Positions 36,301-51,017 of a stretch of DNA of 64,000 nt are shown piece after piece. Each line of letters opens with the position of its first letter. Positions within the stretch are counted from its first letter, which is position 1. The DNA is taken from contig JAYWIR010000087.1 of the NCBI GenBank assembly GCA_036172245.1, positions 62,001 to 126,000 of the forward strand. Reading direction: 5' to 3'. The DNA is from Raillietiella orientalis (lineage: Eukaryota). Made by a program: the position numbers and the translations under genes. The notes below the pieces were generated by a model. That model saw only the letters and a program-made list of their open reading frames with translations, was not told where the DNA came from and made no database searches.

Positions 36301-39300
36301 GCGTTCCCCCTCTTTGGTGTGACAATGCATCTTTGCGCTTTTGTCTAAGTGTTCATTTCTTTGCGACTCCGAAATTGAAATTTTCAAAGGCCTCGAATGT
36401 TTTATCCCGGAAGATTCCATTACGTCGTTGTGATCACAAACCTTCCAAATAGGAATATCACCTTCAGGACATCCCAGGATTCCGACCATAACATCGAACA
36501 CTTTATAGGTGTATTTACGACTCGTATGCCGCGAAACACCGATCCGAGAATTCGGAAATCATTTACGAGGAATCCAATGAACACATGGATGATTTCTTTT
36601 GCTGAAATTGGAATCTTGTATTTCTATGTGAAAACACTGACGAGGGTGCATTTTGTTTGTAGTACTTGCGTGCGAATTACTGCCACGTTTACGGTAAAGT
36701 AGATGCAGCAAAAAGTGCACATTTATCTTGAGAATGCACACAGACCAAGTTGTATGCGTTTCTCCAGAGATCATTCAAAAAATTTCTTTCCACGTGCACA
36801 TTTGTGACAAATGTTCCAGAAAAATCTGATTCACGTGATTCCTGTTTCTTTTTTGCAAGTTGCTGATGGGAATTAATGAGGGATTCATGCAGCACCTAAT
36901 GAAGTTTCCTCGGGTAGTGGCTTTTCGATTACTTGGACTTAACTTTTGGATTCGCCTGCCCCTAACTCACCAGCTGTCTTAGTGATGCAGTTAACCAGAC
37001 AGAGTCAGTTAATGAAACAACACAGTAAACCTGTAAAGGAAAACCAGAAAGTTCTGAATTATGTTTCTCGCACCCTATCAAGGAATTGCCAACAGCACGG
37101 CATGGCTGATGAAATTAATCATAGCTCATGAAATGAACCATCCCCTGGAGCCAATATCAAATTTAACATTGCTGCAAAAACATCATATTACCCAATTTTC
37201 TCCCTCGGGTGTAATCATGCAAGCAAGCGGAATTCCTGGCTGCTGAAATTACAAAGCTCGGTTTTTGCGGTGTCTCCTTTCGAATTCGGGGTCTATGGGG
37301 CTTGCAATCGTTTTCTGCAACAAGTCCACTGTATAAAGCAGACTCAGAAGATGCTTAGAAGTGAACCGTGTGAACGGATGCACTAAGGTAGAAGAAAAAA
37401 TGTTGGCGTGCGAATTGCCCACTTTTGTACGTCTCACTCGCAGACTTGCAGTGACATGGGCACACTACCTTGAGGCAGCCAGCCTTCTAGCTTTTCGTTG
37501 CAAAGCAAACGATGACCAGGAGTGGAAGGTTCGTATGCTGCACTCAGTTTTGTGTTCTCTTTTGAAAGAAAATGCAGTCTATCCTTTATGGGATCACGTT
37601 CAAATCTTCTGCTGTTCACCCGCGTACCCGATGACTGGAACGAATTCTGTTTTTGATGTACATAAATCTTTCCATGTACTTCGCAACTGTCAATGCAACT
37701 CGAGGATACAGCTGAATCGATAACGTTTTAATATACCCACCACCTCGGATTGATGTGAATGAGTCAACCAGAAAGGAGAGCCGAGTGTGCACCAGAGAGC
37801 TGCGATCACTGCCCTAAGCGCCCAGCCGCTGCCACTGAGGACGACCCTAGTCCCGCTTCTTGCAGTTTCTTTCTGCCTCAAAGCAGGCAGGCTACTTCCC
37901 ATTTTGCTGGTTGAGTAGTACCGCTTAAGATGAGGGAGAGCAGCTCTGCAGCAAGTGGTGTAAACGAGATCCTCAGCAGCTTGCGTGGGCTGTGCGTCCC
38001 ATTTCCTGTGGTGGCTGTCGACAGCGCCTCTTTTTCCAGAGCCAGGCGTACTCCGACCTGCTACAGCCGTAAATCTTTCCTTACACAGAAACTGCTTCGT
38101 GAATCCTGGCAGTGCAGTTGGCCAAGATTAGAGGGATCCAGGTGTTCTCTTGCATCAAAGGAACCATTTGCTGCAGCCGATGGCAGTATGGCCTCAGGCT
38201 AATCTCGTTCGCCACGGGAATCGACGAGAATACCTTGCATGAGGACGCTTTTCCAGCGAGACCCTTCTTACTGTGCTCATCAAGGCGTGGTCCATAACTT
38301 CACCACAAGGGCAAGCTCTCTGAACTCTAGCTGAAGCTCCAGTCTCTCGAGCGTAAGGAAGCTGGGTCCACCATTTCAGCGTGCAACACACAATTCTACA
38401 AGTGGAACACGGGACCTTTCTGTGCACCCAGTAGAACTCCCGTGAAGAAGTCTTTAGTCCGCATTTTGATCGCAACTTTGCTCTTCACGCTGAGCACAGC
38501 AAATTGTCAGTGTTAACGACTGAGATGTAAAGCGGTAGCTGCTCAAACATTCCCGGTCGTTCTTTTTCACCAACAGTGGAAAGCTGGCTGATGCGTAGGA
38601 GTCAGGTACTTGACCCGTCTCCCGATCCTTAGAGCCAATCCGTGTGAGCGAGTTCTGCTGCAAAGAGTTTCGCAAATTCTGCGAAGAGCTCGTGCGCGGG
38701 GAAGGAAATTTTGCCTCTCCACCCTCGAATGGCAGCTGCATTCGTTTGATCGGCAAGCTAGCTAGAAGCCCCTTCCACCGTCAGCCTGCGAATGGCTGCC
38801 TCCAGCGGCTCTGTAGCTCATTCCTGATCGAGAGGAGCACTTGTTCACAATGCTGTTTAACCTCTCGACCTGCAAGCCTGGTCGCACATCAGAATTGACC
38901 ATCAGGGTTCTGGATGCCTGCTGCACCGTCTTTCAGGGTTGTTGTCCCGGCGAGACAACAGAACTGGCAACATCTGGCTGCCCCCCAAAAAATGCAAAGC
39001 TCTTGCAAAAAGCTCCACTGACACGCTTTTTTTCCGCGAAAAATGCCACCGGAACAGAATCATTGTAGTCGATCTCTGTCCGTTGCCATGTCGATGGAAC
39101 AGTCCATCTGGATCGTTCGCAATTCCTCTTACCCTTCCAATGGCTGATCCAGATTACGAACATGCTCCGTGTCTTCTTTTCCGCAATAGCCTGAACAAAC
39201 TCGATGCCGTTATGATCTCACGAGGGGGATTTTTTCTGGTCATCTCATTCCCAAACAGAGGTTGGCACCGGGGTATGCCTGGTTGAAAGAGTCGTACCTT

Positions 39301-42045
39301 TCACGCTTCTCTGCCAGCGGATTAGTGACGTGCACCTGCACACATATTTTAACATTTTATTGACTTCTAGGCGCGGACTTGAAAAGCTCTCCTTCTAAAT
39401 GTAGATAAATCAGAAGGGAGTTTTCCTGCCGTATGATGTCATCCCAGAGTGCATTGGCTGCAATGAAGGATCACTTCAACTCCTCCAGAAAGTCAAACTT
39501 GTTCTGATTCTATCGACAGAAGAAGGGAGCGTAGTCTCTCATTATGAGGAGGTTCATTGCGCGAGGTCAGTGGATCGCCGCCGACCTGTCCGTCTGTCCT
39601 CGTCGATGAAAGCAAGTGGCATCACCCAACTCAGGTGAAGATCAGGAATAGGCATGTGACTCCAAAGATGTATGCAAAATCGCACTTTACCTCAAATGAT
39701 TTCTCCTGAGCATTTTTCGACCTCGCAAATGATCTGCATGGAGAGAGAGTGCACCTTCTGCAGGAGCACGAGGTGGGAATTCCGGAGGTGCCCCGCTTGC
39801 ATTTAATTGTTGGTGCTCTTGCACGCAGGCCGCTGATGCTACACGCATTATCGAGGGTTGTGTTGACAATGTTTTTCCACCCGGTTGCGACGGTGTGTAC
39901 ATTACCGTTTTTCAAAAAGGAAGCGTACCTAAGTGGCAGCACGCTCGGTTCTGTCACGTTCATCACATGCAAAAACCTGCCGATATGCCGGGACGCAGAC
40001 CAGACAAATTCACCTCGGCTGCATAGGGATAAGGGGCAAGAAAATGAAACAAAAGCAACAAAAATGCAAATAGGAACACCTTTGCAGGTTCGGAAAGGGA
40101 TAGCCAAAGGTGGCCACAGAGGCTGAACTTCTCAGTGTGTCTGCGAAGAAGAATGTGGCTTGCAAGCCTTTCCACCTGGGTGGTAGGTCGCATAGCCGCA
40201 GGAGGAACAGTAGCCAGGGACTCATCTTCGGAGGGGGCAAGGCTGTGGCCGAACACGATTCCGTCAGATACTCGTACGCTTCCCAACTCTTTCTCACTGG
40301 AAGCCATTTCCTTCCTACGAACCTAGGGGTGCCCTCCCCGGTAAGGTCCAAGCGATTTTGTCGCGCTGAAGTACTTCATTTCCGAGTCAGGCGAGGTTAT
40401 TTGATGCTCCAGAGCCCGTGGGAACCTTTGTGAGGGAATATTTCTCCCTTCGGCCGCGCCAGCTCGCAGAAGGTCGCGTGCAAAGAGAAATATATCAGTA
40501 ATGACTTTATTTGGTTTCCTCCCTAGGCATCGTCTTGGTCGTTTCTGCTCGCATTGCACGTCGTGCACTTTCCTCCTTCGTCCCCTTCGCGGCACCATTT
40601 TCTTCGTCTGCAATGCTCTTTCTGGAATGCTTTTGTCTTTCTGACTTTGGTGCGTTATTTTTTTTAGGCAGTTCACTTCCCAAAGATTGTTTAGCTCCTA
40701 CTTGAGCCCGAAACATCCATTGCATCTTCCAATTCCTTAGGCGAGTTAAGGGCTAGTACCTTTTTTATGCCCACGTTCTTTTTCCTGGGAATTGTGCCTG
40801 TCGTGCATCCTTTTATCTTGCAATAGTTTGCCACGCAGCCTGCAAATGCCAGATTTCGGTAGCTTGACCACATCGAGTGAGCTTGATTTACATTTCTCGT
40901 GACTTTGCAGAGTGCGCAACCTTAGGCCTCGTCTCGTACTACATGTGGGCGATTCCATTGTTGATGTACAGTTATTGTAAGCTGGTAAGCGTGTTTTCTA
41001 CGCGCGTACGCGTTTCTTTCAGCCCACTGATTGTGCTGAGGGGCAATCATAGCACTTCTACGCTAATCAGCACAAACGGAAGCAAACCTTGATAGTTCGG
41101 TCACCACCTCATCCATCTGCACATCGGCAGCAACCTGTCTAGGATGAATCAACACGAATTCGCCCTTGGGGATAGGAAGGGTCACATCCCTGCTTTCTAC
41201 ACACATTGTCGACTTTAGTAGGCGGTGGCCCAAGACTACATTTGTACTTCATAGCTCTGCCCAGCTGCCGCTTGCAGGCGTTACGAGCACTCGTCGAGCG
41301 CACTCGGAAATGTTGAAATTCCTGAGGAACCAAATGGAAAAGGATTTTCATATCAGATCTACTTGCATTTAAGGATAACTGCTGCAGCCATGGAGAAAAA
41401 AGTCCTGGTCAGCAAGCTTATGGTTTTAAACCTGCTCGTTGAAGCAACCACTGCCTCCGGAGAGGTCTCCAATGCGACTTTTGTCACAGGGAATTCGTCA
41501 GGCCCAACTTTTGAAATCTGCAGGAGAGTCGATTCACGTTCAAGGGTAATCCGGAATGTGAAAGCTCTCTACGCTATCCAGGTCTCACTTGGAATAAAAT
41601 GCCGTTTCTCACCCTGTGAGATCAGCCACAGGGAGAGTGATAGACATGCTCGCCGCTCGAAAACAAACTGGTGAAAAGGCGTTACTTGTATAGCACGATG
41701 CAACACTCCCAACCACCAGAGGGGATCCCATTGTCCGAGAATGTGGAATTGCAGCGTTTGCCAGCTCGCTGGCTCCTCGACCGTGAGCTGCTTCCGCACC
41801 TCCCATCATTCGAAAGAACCACTATCTTACCGGCTGTAGGTCTTCCTCTTAGCGCAGGCAGGACTGTAAGGAGCTTCTGCCTAAGTGGTGGAAGAAAAAA
41901 GAAAACTCCAGAGGCTGGTTGTCATAGAGAAGAATCATCAATCCTTCAACGTAAATCCCAACGGAGAAGCTATTTACCACTCTGGTCTGCGCAGCACTTG
42001 GTCTGCTCCTGTTCATAGGAGAAGACCTGGCTCAGCAAGAGCTGA

Positions 42046-42187
42046 AAGTTCGACTGACTCCTTTGAACGTAAAACCTTACAGTAGATTTACTTGCTTGTT
42101 ACACCGTGTGCTTAGAAGTTCGAAGGACTCCTTTGAACGTAGGACCTTACAGTAGATTGACTTGCTTGTTACACCGCATGCTTTGAA
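42046..42187. repeat. 70-bp tandem duplication (2 units)
   Basis: AAGTTCGA..GACTCCTTTGAACGTA..ACCTTACAGTAGATT.ACTTGCTTGTTACACCG starts at 42046 and 42116. Confidence 0.9.
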
Positions 42188-45100
42188 GAACACTTATATG
42201 TCTTTAAGAGAAATTTCATGAGGGCACAACGGAAGCGGATCCCAATACGTGGTGATTCGATACTTTTCGCTCGACCACATTGCAGCGAGGCAAATCTGCT
42301 AGAAGAATTCCTGAAAAGTGAGATCTTCGAAATCCATGTAATGCACCGCGGAATAGCTGGAAAACATATTTTCTCCTTACATAAGGCACAAATCTTCTCG
42401 TTCGTTGATCACCTTCTATATTGGGGTGCTTTGGATGAGTTGCTGCTTTCACGGAACGTGTGAGAGCAGTGCTGCTCCCAGGCCACGCAAAGACAAACGT
42501 TGACCAGCTACGCCAAAAAATGCAGATGTAGACGCGAAACAATTGCGAGGATTGTCTTCAACGAGTAACAAACGCATCTCAGGAAATGCAATTGGCATCT
42601 GTGAAGATGACGCCGGTTTTTTTTTTCCAGCACTTGCGTCCAGGTTTAAGCAATTCGTGATAAGTGCATTTAAGATCACCTTATTACGTAGCCGAAAACA
42701 CGGAAACACCTGCACAACGGCGGAATCTGCATTTATTCTCAAGAAAAAGCGTCACCTCGCAGTTCAACTTCTCAGTTTACGTTGCGTCTTGTTGCTGCAT
42801 TTGAGTCTCCAGTAGGCATCAGTAGGCAATGCACAAGAAATCAAGCAAAATGATTTTTCCAAGGATGCACATGGTGAGAGTCTTTTGCATTACTTACTCT
42901 TCAGTGAGGCAAACGGGAAAAGCCCTCCTGGCCACTCTTCAGAGGAACGAGCTCATGCGAGTGCAGCTTCGGCTGGTCGCTTGGTTGTCCTCCTTTCTTC
43001 CTGAACGACGCAATAAGGGCAAATCCATGCTCCTCGGCCTGCACCTTGGGAGGTTTGCGCAGTAGGAGACTCCTACTTTCAGGCCTGCCAACCGCAATTT
43101 GCGACAGGTGACAGCTCGCTCCTGATTTGCGGATCGGGACTTCAAACCGTTTCTCGAATCGCCGCACGCGTATTGCCACTACTCAGAAGTAGCATCGCGA
43201 GATGCGGGCCGAGCTCATCTTTGTTAATCGATTGCATCACCATGAGCTAAAAGTGTGATTAAGGACGTTTCTTGTTAACTCTCTGGTAAATCCGAAAGGT
43301 GCACTCGCGGGATCAAAGCTGAAGAAGGGAAGCCATTAAGAGCAGCAGACTCATCGCAAAGCAGTCCGATGCTCGCGATGCCTTATCGGTGGAAGGCAAA
43401 ATTTCGGAAGGTTTCTGAGATAAGGGTGCATCTCGGGATGATGTCGTAGGAGTCTCGGAAGCGTAGGGATGCAAAAGTGGACGTCTTACAGAAATTCTTG
43501 CTTTGCTAAAGTGAAACTTCAAGCAATGCTCTGTGCTGCCATATCCACAAGCACTCTTCGTTTCCTTCGGAGATTCCACGCGCATGGGGAATCGAAAAGG
43601 GTGCATGGCAACTGCTTTCTTTTGCTGCAACGAATTGTGGGTCCTTCCAGAGATAGTGCATCACGATAGAAAATTTCGAAACGAGATAAATCATACGTTT
43701 CAGCTGCTTCTGCAGGCGCTAGTTCTTTTCTTGGGAATAAACATGTCTGCAACAAACTCTCTGAAGCCCCGCCTGCACAAAAGTGACTTGAAATTCCGGA
43801 ATCCCACTGGGAACTGTTCATTTGTCCTCGAAATTCCAAGTGGTCACAGTGAGGCTATGGATGTTTGCAAGCAAGGATGGGGCCCCGACGTACAGCCAAC
43901 AGAACGTCTAGAACGATGCTCTGTCGATGTCACGGTAGGATGACAATTCGCTTTGAGAAATGTCATAACCGTTTTGTCAGAATCAACGAGAATCCCCTGA
44001 GGAAATAACCGTCATCATAAGTGGTGGTCCCAATCAGTGTGTTTGCACATTCACACCTGAAAACGGGTAAGAGACTTCCCCATTTCGGCATCGAAGCATT
44101 GGCGTTGCTTCGCCCCCTTCGTACTGATATTTCCTCACAAATGCGACATGCAATTCAAACGGGGACTTTTGTCCGGCGTCTGGATGCGATTTCCATCACA
44201 AGCTGAACGCTCAACTCGGCACTTTCCATCTTCCGCATTTTGAAAGGCATGAAAGAATGTTGCTGATCGGTGATGCGAATTTTTAATGGTTTTTCTATAA
44301 CTGATAAGCTTTCAAGGAAATGGATCCTTGCAACGGTTATCAACTTGACTGCGTGGCTCGGCGTGGCAAAGTTCAAATTACGATTTTTCCTAATCTCAAT
44401 ATAATTTTTGAGTTGCAAATGCAAAAGTCCCAATCCAAGCTTCTCATGAGAATCATCGGTTACGTTCACATGAATCCCAGCACGAAAGCACCCATCCCAC
44501 CATCGATAGAGAGCCTTCTCTTTCAAAAAGCATGTTTTTTATTTTAACGACAACTTTTTTTATTTCAGTCAGTTGACAGAAATGACGGAAATCCGTACAA
44601 TATCAACGCCGTTCAGTTTACAATGTCAATTTCCTTCAAAATCCACTTGCTGGCTGGAATTCACGCCATATGTCTTTACAGACGAATACGAAGACGAGGA
44701 AACGGACTGATAATAAGAGAAGAACTTATCGTTTTTTAAGTTTGCGATGATGAAATAAAGAGTTTATGGTTCTTATTCATTCTCATTTCCTAAATTAGAG
44801 GAACCATTGAGGACCCATATCAATCCTCATAGCTTTAAACGAAAGACCACCGTATCCGTGTCTTTCGTCTCGTGTCCCCACAAACAGCAGTGCACACAAT
44901 GAAGCCAGGTCGCAAGCGCGGTGCGTGCGATCCAAAGGTCATCTGATCATCTGACCTGTTCCTGCACAGAATTCAGTACTGTTGCTGAAAGCTATGTAGA
45001 TGGGCTTAACTGAAGGCTCCCTACGAGGATATTTCTCGGCAGAAGCACAGCGTGTTGCTCGATGAATGGAGAGCGAACTCGCAGCTTCGCCGTTTGGAAG

Positions 45101-45384
45101 CAAACGCGTCGACAGGTACCTTTCCAGAATCTGCAGCTTGCGGCAAGTTGCCCAATAGCAATGAATGGACGGAAGAGAACAAAGCTGATCAGCTAGGATA
45201 ACATCCGCGATGCAAAAGCAGTCACGGCTCTACACTGATGGCAAGCATCTATGAAAATACGTGAATTAATACGAGAAACGCGAATGTTGCATTTTGAATT
45301 ACTTATATTCAAATGCTGATAATGATGTGCTAACAAAAGTGGAGAATAATGGCTTTGGTTTTAAATTCCGTGAGTTGGAGCTAA

Positions 45385-48305
45385 ATCGGTTTGACGATCG
45401 TGTCGGCCAGCGGATTCTCACGTAGTCCGACGCCATCGACATGATCGTTACGAACGTGCACGCCCCGAACGTCGCGGACCTGACGACAAGGGGGGCGAGG
45501 TAAGAATTTTTCCTTGCCCTCCAGCGCGACTAGATGATCAGAACAGGAGGGCGGAATGCTCATCTGGTTTCAGGCGATTTAAACGCGCATGTCTCGACGA
45601 GTCCTCCACAGCAGAGGAAATTTCCTCCGCTTTCGCGGGACTCAAGAGACGAGAAGCCCCAGGTGAGGACGGGCTACCCGCGGAGTTCTATCGGAGCTTC
45701 TCGACGGAAATCGTCCCTCTGGTGCTCAGTCTCTCCTCGTTGATGAGGGTCTTGGGGAATGTCCCCAATTCCTTCCGCTCAGAGAGGGTGCGTCTCCTGC
45801 CAAAAGGTGGAGACGCACGCCATCTCAACAACTGGCGTCCGAACACCCTGGTGAAATCGGACGTCAAGTTGTTCTCTAAGCTGTGGGTTTCGCGGCTAGG
45901 GAGAATCCCGCAGTCCTTGGTAAGCCCGAAGCAGACTTACGCTGTTCCCGGGCGGTCCATGGACGCAAACGTCCTGTTTGCTTACACCTGGATGCAGCTG
46001 CAGGAGCGCGTAGCGCAGCAAAGCCGATCCGTGTCCAAGGCCGCTGCCAAAGGCACACGGTATCGACAGAAGCGGCAGGAAGGTACGCCTGGTGCCTTGG
46101 AGGTCACAGTCGACCTGCACAATGCGTTCAATTGCGTGAACCAAGGGCTCTTATTAGAGCTCTTGGAACGCCTGGGTCTCCCAGGGTATCTCCTAAAGTA
46201 CTTACGCGCTTGCTAGCGCCACGCGCTAACCTGCATTTCTTTTAGCGGCTGCCACGTGTACGGTATTCCCGTGCGCAGGGGCATCAGACAGGGTGACAGC
46301 TTAAGTCCGTTGCTCTTCAGCATCTTCTTCGAGCTGGTGCTGAGGGCGTGCAGGCTGACGCTGGAGTACCTGCCTAGCTCCTGTCCGGGTACGCCTGCCG
46401 TGGCTGCCTATGCAGACGACCTGCTTCTTCTGCTCCCCATGTCCACCTCGGCGGCCGGTGTCGAAAATTACTTCGAACTGATTCGTCGGGGAGCGGGCGT
46501 GAGTGTGAACCGGAAGAAGAGCGTGGTCGTACCTGTAGGAGCGTCGTGGGAGGGGCAGTCCGACTGGATCCGCCTGAGGATCTTCACGGCAGGGTACTTC
46601 AAGTACCTTGGAGTTGCGCTGGGCGACCTCGGTTCTGCCGAGGCGTGGTCCGACTGCCTTCAAAAGGCAGAGTAGGCAGCCAGCCCGTTCACTAACGGCA
46701 AGTTCACCTTGCCGGAACGGGCAACTATTTGGAACACCTTCGTGGCCCCCCTCCTCCGACCCCTTTTTTTTGTCTTTAACCCCCGCTAAGCTGCCTAAAA
46801 GCAAGAAACACGCCTGCTAAGCAACGCTCTCTGGGGTCCGGCGTGATCCAGGATCCGCCTAAAAGATCTCACTGCTCCACGACGGGATGCTGGGCTTAGC
46901 ATCCTGACGATAGAGAGAATCGGACTGCAAGTGCAGTTCTGGATGCTCGAACTTTGTGCCGAGCAATGGACTTCCCCCCTGTGTGCGCCCGCGCGCATCC
47001 TCCTAAGGAGGTGTGCAGGCAGTAAAGAATTCCTTTCCTTGGTGCCTGGCATGCGTCACAGGAAACAGGGATTAGGCTATTCTCTGAGGAAAATCGCCTC
47101 CCTATTGGGAGCCAATGCGTGGATTTTTTGCTACCCGATAAACTACAATGCTTGGCGGCTGGAATCCATAGATTCGTGGGCTGTATCCTTAGGAATGAGC
47201 CGTAAAGATCTCTGCCCCCTGCGTCGATTTCAACCTTGGTCCCTCCAAGATGTCATGCAGGACGAGGTGAAGTTTTCCTCCCTGGCCGCCATGCCCCTCG
47301 CCGAAGCACTGTTTGCACTCGAGGATCAAGATAACAGTAGCCAGCCGGTGAAGTGGGAGTTTGCTTGCACCATTGCAGGAAGAACAAAACCAGTTGGCGA
47401 ATGGGCCACGAGCGAACTTGAGGATGCCGCCACTCCTCGTGCAACACCAAAGGGATTACTTTGGTGAGGAGAAGCACTAGGTGTTGCCACCGAAGAACTT
47501 ACAGCATCTCCATGGTGTTTGGACGGTTCGGTGTTTCCCCTTGCATGGAAGCAAGACGTCATGCTCTTCTTGCACTGGGGCTTGCGCCACCGAGTTTTGG
47601 GTGGGGTGGCTTCTTCCTACTGTGCCCGGTGCGTGGCGACGGAATCGTTATTGCACCTTGTTATGGACTGCGGTGCCCTCCTGGAACTCTAACGGAGGCT
47701 AGCAGCAGCTCTTCCGCTTCCGAGGGACACCGCTCGAGAAGTGCTGCGACGGTTCTTCCAGTCACAAGGACTTTCAATAACTGTGACGATTTCCACTGTT
47801 GGTTGCATCCGCGCCATCGTCACGGTCCGAGACGTGCTGGAGAACACTGGACATCAATGTTGTGTCACCAGGAAGGCAGCCGACTTGATCAGGTCGGCAG
47901 CTGGGTGGCGACACTTATGGAAAGACACAACGGAGCATCTAAGCGGTATCCATCGCCGGATGGGAAACGGCTTAGAACGACGAACCCGGTGATCCGCCCG
48001 CATTTTATTTTTAATTGATTTTTTTGTTCTTGCATTTTTTTCCCTATACGCTCCGCAAGGGTTTTGGTGCTAGAACTTATGAGTTTCCCGGTGACTGCGG
48101 AGCGTCACCAAAGTTCCCTGGCCCACTCCTCCTATTTATAATTTTTTTTTTTTTGGACTCCCCTCAGTATTCCCTTTTCTTCCGTTTTCCTGGCCTGAGT
48201 GCCAGTGGTGAATCTCCGCTGCATGTCTACATAGTCGTGGGCTAAATACAACTGTGTCTAGCTCGTTTATATAAATAAACGTCCCGGCGTGACCGGATAA
48301 AAAAT
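45385..48305 (+). mobile_element. Decayed family B ORF2 (partial APE, RT, C-terminus) with 3' end
   Basis: IVTNVHAPN and VSGDLNAH, then a deletion to APGEDGLPAEFY; LLPKGG, QGDSLSP, YADD, KYLG, CARCVATESLLHLVMDC; end AATAAACGTCCCGGCGTGACCGGATAAAAAA. Confidence 0.9.
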
Positions 48306-48323
48306 TTAAACGTTCGCTTTCAT

Positions 48324-48912
48324 GGGAGACGGATGTGAATTCGTGTCGCTCCGTTGATCTGCTGTTTGGTTGTGTTCATGCGTCCCACTGCCTAGTCCTG
48401 AAGATGAGCAGTGAACAAGGCAACGTGGAAGTAGGAGTGCCGGTGCTTCCTCTACTTCTCGCAGTTGCAACGTTCGCGACAACCTGTGCGAACCCTCTGC
48501 CAGCCGCGAGGAGCTTCGCGGACGTGGCTGCTTCTGCAGCCGTAGAAGGACGCCTCTCCGACTAGGAGAAGTTGCAGGCATATGTAGCCCAGGGCTGCAA
48601 ACCTGCTCTTTGCTATAACGTAAGTGGGGTACGTACACCTTGGGTTGAGTTCGTTGACGAACTATTCCGTGTGGGAGTGCAAGAGGAGGAACTGATTGCA
48701 CTCATGCCTGTTCCATCATTGGGCTATGTCAAGGTGCTATGCAATAAGGCCGCTCTTATGCAGGGGCTCCTTTGCAGAACCTTGTCCATCCGTAAGAAAA
48801 ATGTATTTCCCACCGCGATGGGCGAGTCTTTTGTAGTTGTTCTCTTAGACCTCTAGCCGCAGATCTAAGTCAAACAGCTGATTAATACGTATGCGAAATT
48901 CAAGCCCTCCAC
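48324..48912 (+). mobile_element. Family B 5' end and ORF1 N-terminal fragment
   Basis: GAGACGGATGTG 5' motif; SFADVA, LQAYVAQGCKPALCY, MGESFVVVL. Confidence 0.8.
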
Positions 48913-51010
48913 GCGGTACAGAGGTTGCCACCTGAATACGCCGGAGGGTATATTTAAATTTCAGAAAAGCGAAATACAAGGCTGCGCTCACCGCCATAGA
49001 CACCGCACGTGCAGGGACGCTGGGACGCAACCCGGAGTAACTGTCTACGGCAGTGAAAGGGGATATGGGAAAAAATCAAAAAGAAAAATATACTATAAAA
49101 AAAACAAAAAGAAGTTATAAGGAAGAGAAGAAATCAAAGTTCACTTGGAGGAGGACCCATCCGTCGAAGGAAGCCCTCGATGTCCATTCGCATATTCCCC
49201 AGATGGAGTCATCGTTCAGGTCTATACCGGAAGCATACAGCATGCTGGATGGCGTACCTCTAGTTCATGTTCCGATCTTCGTTGTTGGAGTCGTTCCAAG
49301 CCTCCACGATGCCTAGAACGCAGCAGAATGCTGCTAGGACAGTGACTGGCTGTAGGGCGTCCCACACCAAGAGATACTGGAGAACGTCTCTGGGGGCGCT
49401 GCCCATCGGGATCCCGACGGTCGGCCCAAACCTTTCCCAAAGTGGTAGGAAAGCAGCACAGTGAACGATGAGTTATGGGAGGTATTCCCGCTCCTCGCAC
49501 CTAGCACACGCAGAATCCACAGCTCCCCTTGTCCAATGGAAGAGGCGAGTGTTGCAGGGTGAACTCCAGTGCAACAGGAGCAACGACGACTCTTGCAACT
49601 GAAGGGACAGGATCCTGAATTCTCTTGAAGCCGGTCGCCACTGCAGCTCCTTTATCGGGATGGCGAGCAGCTCTCCCTATCGCAAAAGTCCTGTCGGCTG
49701 GACGCTCGGGGTCGTGGCGTCAGCCAGCTCTCTCATCCGCTCATCATCTTCTCCCGTCCCGCTATGCAGCAGGACACTTTCCACCTTGGCGTTCGAATGC
49801 TGTGAAGCGCCCTTCTCAGGAAGAGTAGCCCCGTAGCTAGGCAGGTTGTCTCTGTCCACGTGCTTCTGGCATGACTCTTCAGAAGGTTCCGCAGAATGTA
49901 GCGGGAGAAGGGGCCACGTCGCAGGTGCATCAATGTCTCGTGTCTCCTCTGGTTTAAAAATGCCCACGGGCCGATGTTCTCCAACAGCCAAGCGGGGGAG
50001 TTGAAGGAGCAGCAAACCATCCACTGTTCTCCTTCGCCATGGCTGCCATGCGTCCGAGCAGTGGGCCGCATCTTCGGATCTTCCGGCATGAACACAGAAG
50101 AAAAGATGCGAGTCTCTCGGTCCGAGATACATGGCTGGCAACGAGTCGAGACGGAATGCACCAAGGTGTCCACCACATCTTCGCTGCGATGGCCATTGTT
50201 CGCCATCGCAGCTGAATCTCCACGCGCTCCAGTGCCGAAATGCTAAGACCGCTGCGACGACGCGAAGCGCACAAGTCCTTCAAAGGGACTCGGGGCTTCC
50301 CCTTGCCCCAAAGGGCGATGCGAAGGAGGTCCTTGGTCCTTTTTTTTATTTCCACGGGTCGAAGCAAACAAAGAGCAGGGGATGAAGGATGGAGGCCGCG
50401 AAGGCGTTCCAAACCGCGGAATGTTCCTGGAAGTAAAACTTACCTTCCAGGGACGGGCCGATCGCCAACTCCATTTTTTGAATACGACCTGACCAAGCTT
50501 CTGTAGGACAGAGGTCTCCTAGCAGGACGCTTAGTTTCTTCAGGTGCCTGGCCAAAAGGATCCAGTGAGGCCGTCCTAACCACGTCGCCCCAATTAGCAC
50601 CACCGATGACTTACCTTGGTTAATCAGCAGTCCGGTTCCGCTAATAAGCGGATCGAAGAAGTCCCCTTCTGTCGCTGCCGTAGTGGACATAGGAAAAAAA
50701 AACAGAAGATCGACGGCATACGCTGAAACGGCGGTAGTGCCAAGGCACGAGCTCGCCAAGGGAGCCAAAGCAGCCCTGTACGCTGTCAGCACCAAAGCAA
50801 AGTAGGTACTTAAGAGCAGGGGACAGAGACTATCGCCCTTCCTTATGCCCCGTCGCACGGAAACGCCATACACCCTTTGTCCACTGAAACAAAGCGTGAT
50901 CAGCGCATTGCGACTGCAGGAGAGTAGGTAGGTAATCATGGTGGGTAAAAAGCCCATGTGACGAAGACCTCCAGCAGGAGATCCTGGTCTACGAAGTCGA
51001 CCGCTTTATG
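48913..51010 (-). mobile_element. Decayed family B ORF2 from RT motif A to the 3' end
   Basis: HKAVDFVDQDLLLE, RRGIRKGDSLCPLLL, SAYAVDLLF, KRTKDLLRIALWGKGK; degenerate terminus near 48920-48955. Confidence 0.88.
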
Positions 51011-51017
51011 CGCTCTA

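Noticed and set aside
42046..42187. CRISPR-like array
   Set aside because: Only two contiguous 70-bp units, no spacers, no cas genes, eukaryotic context.
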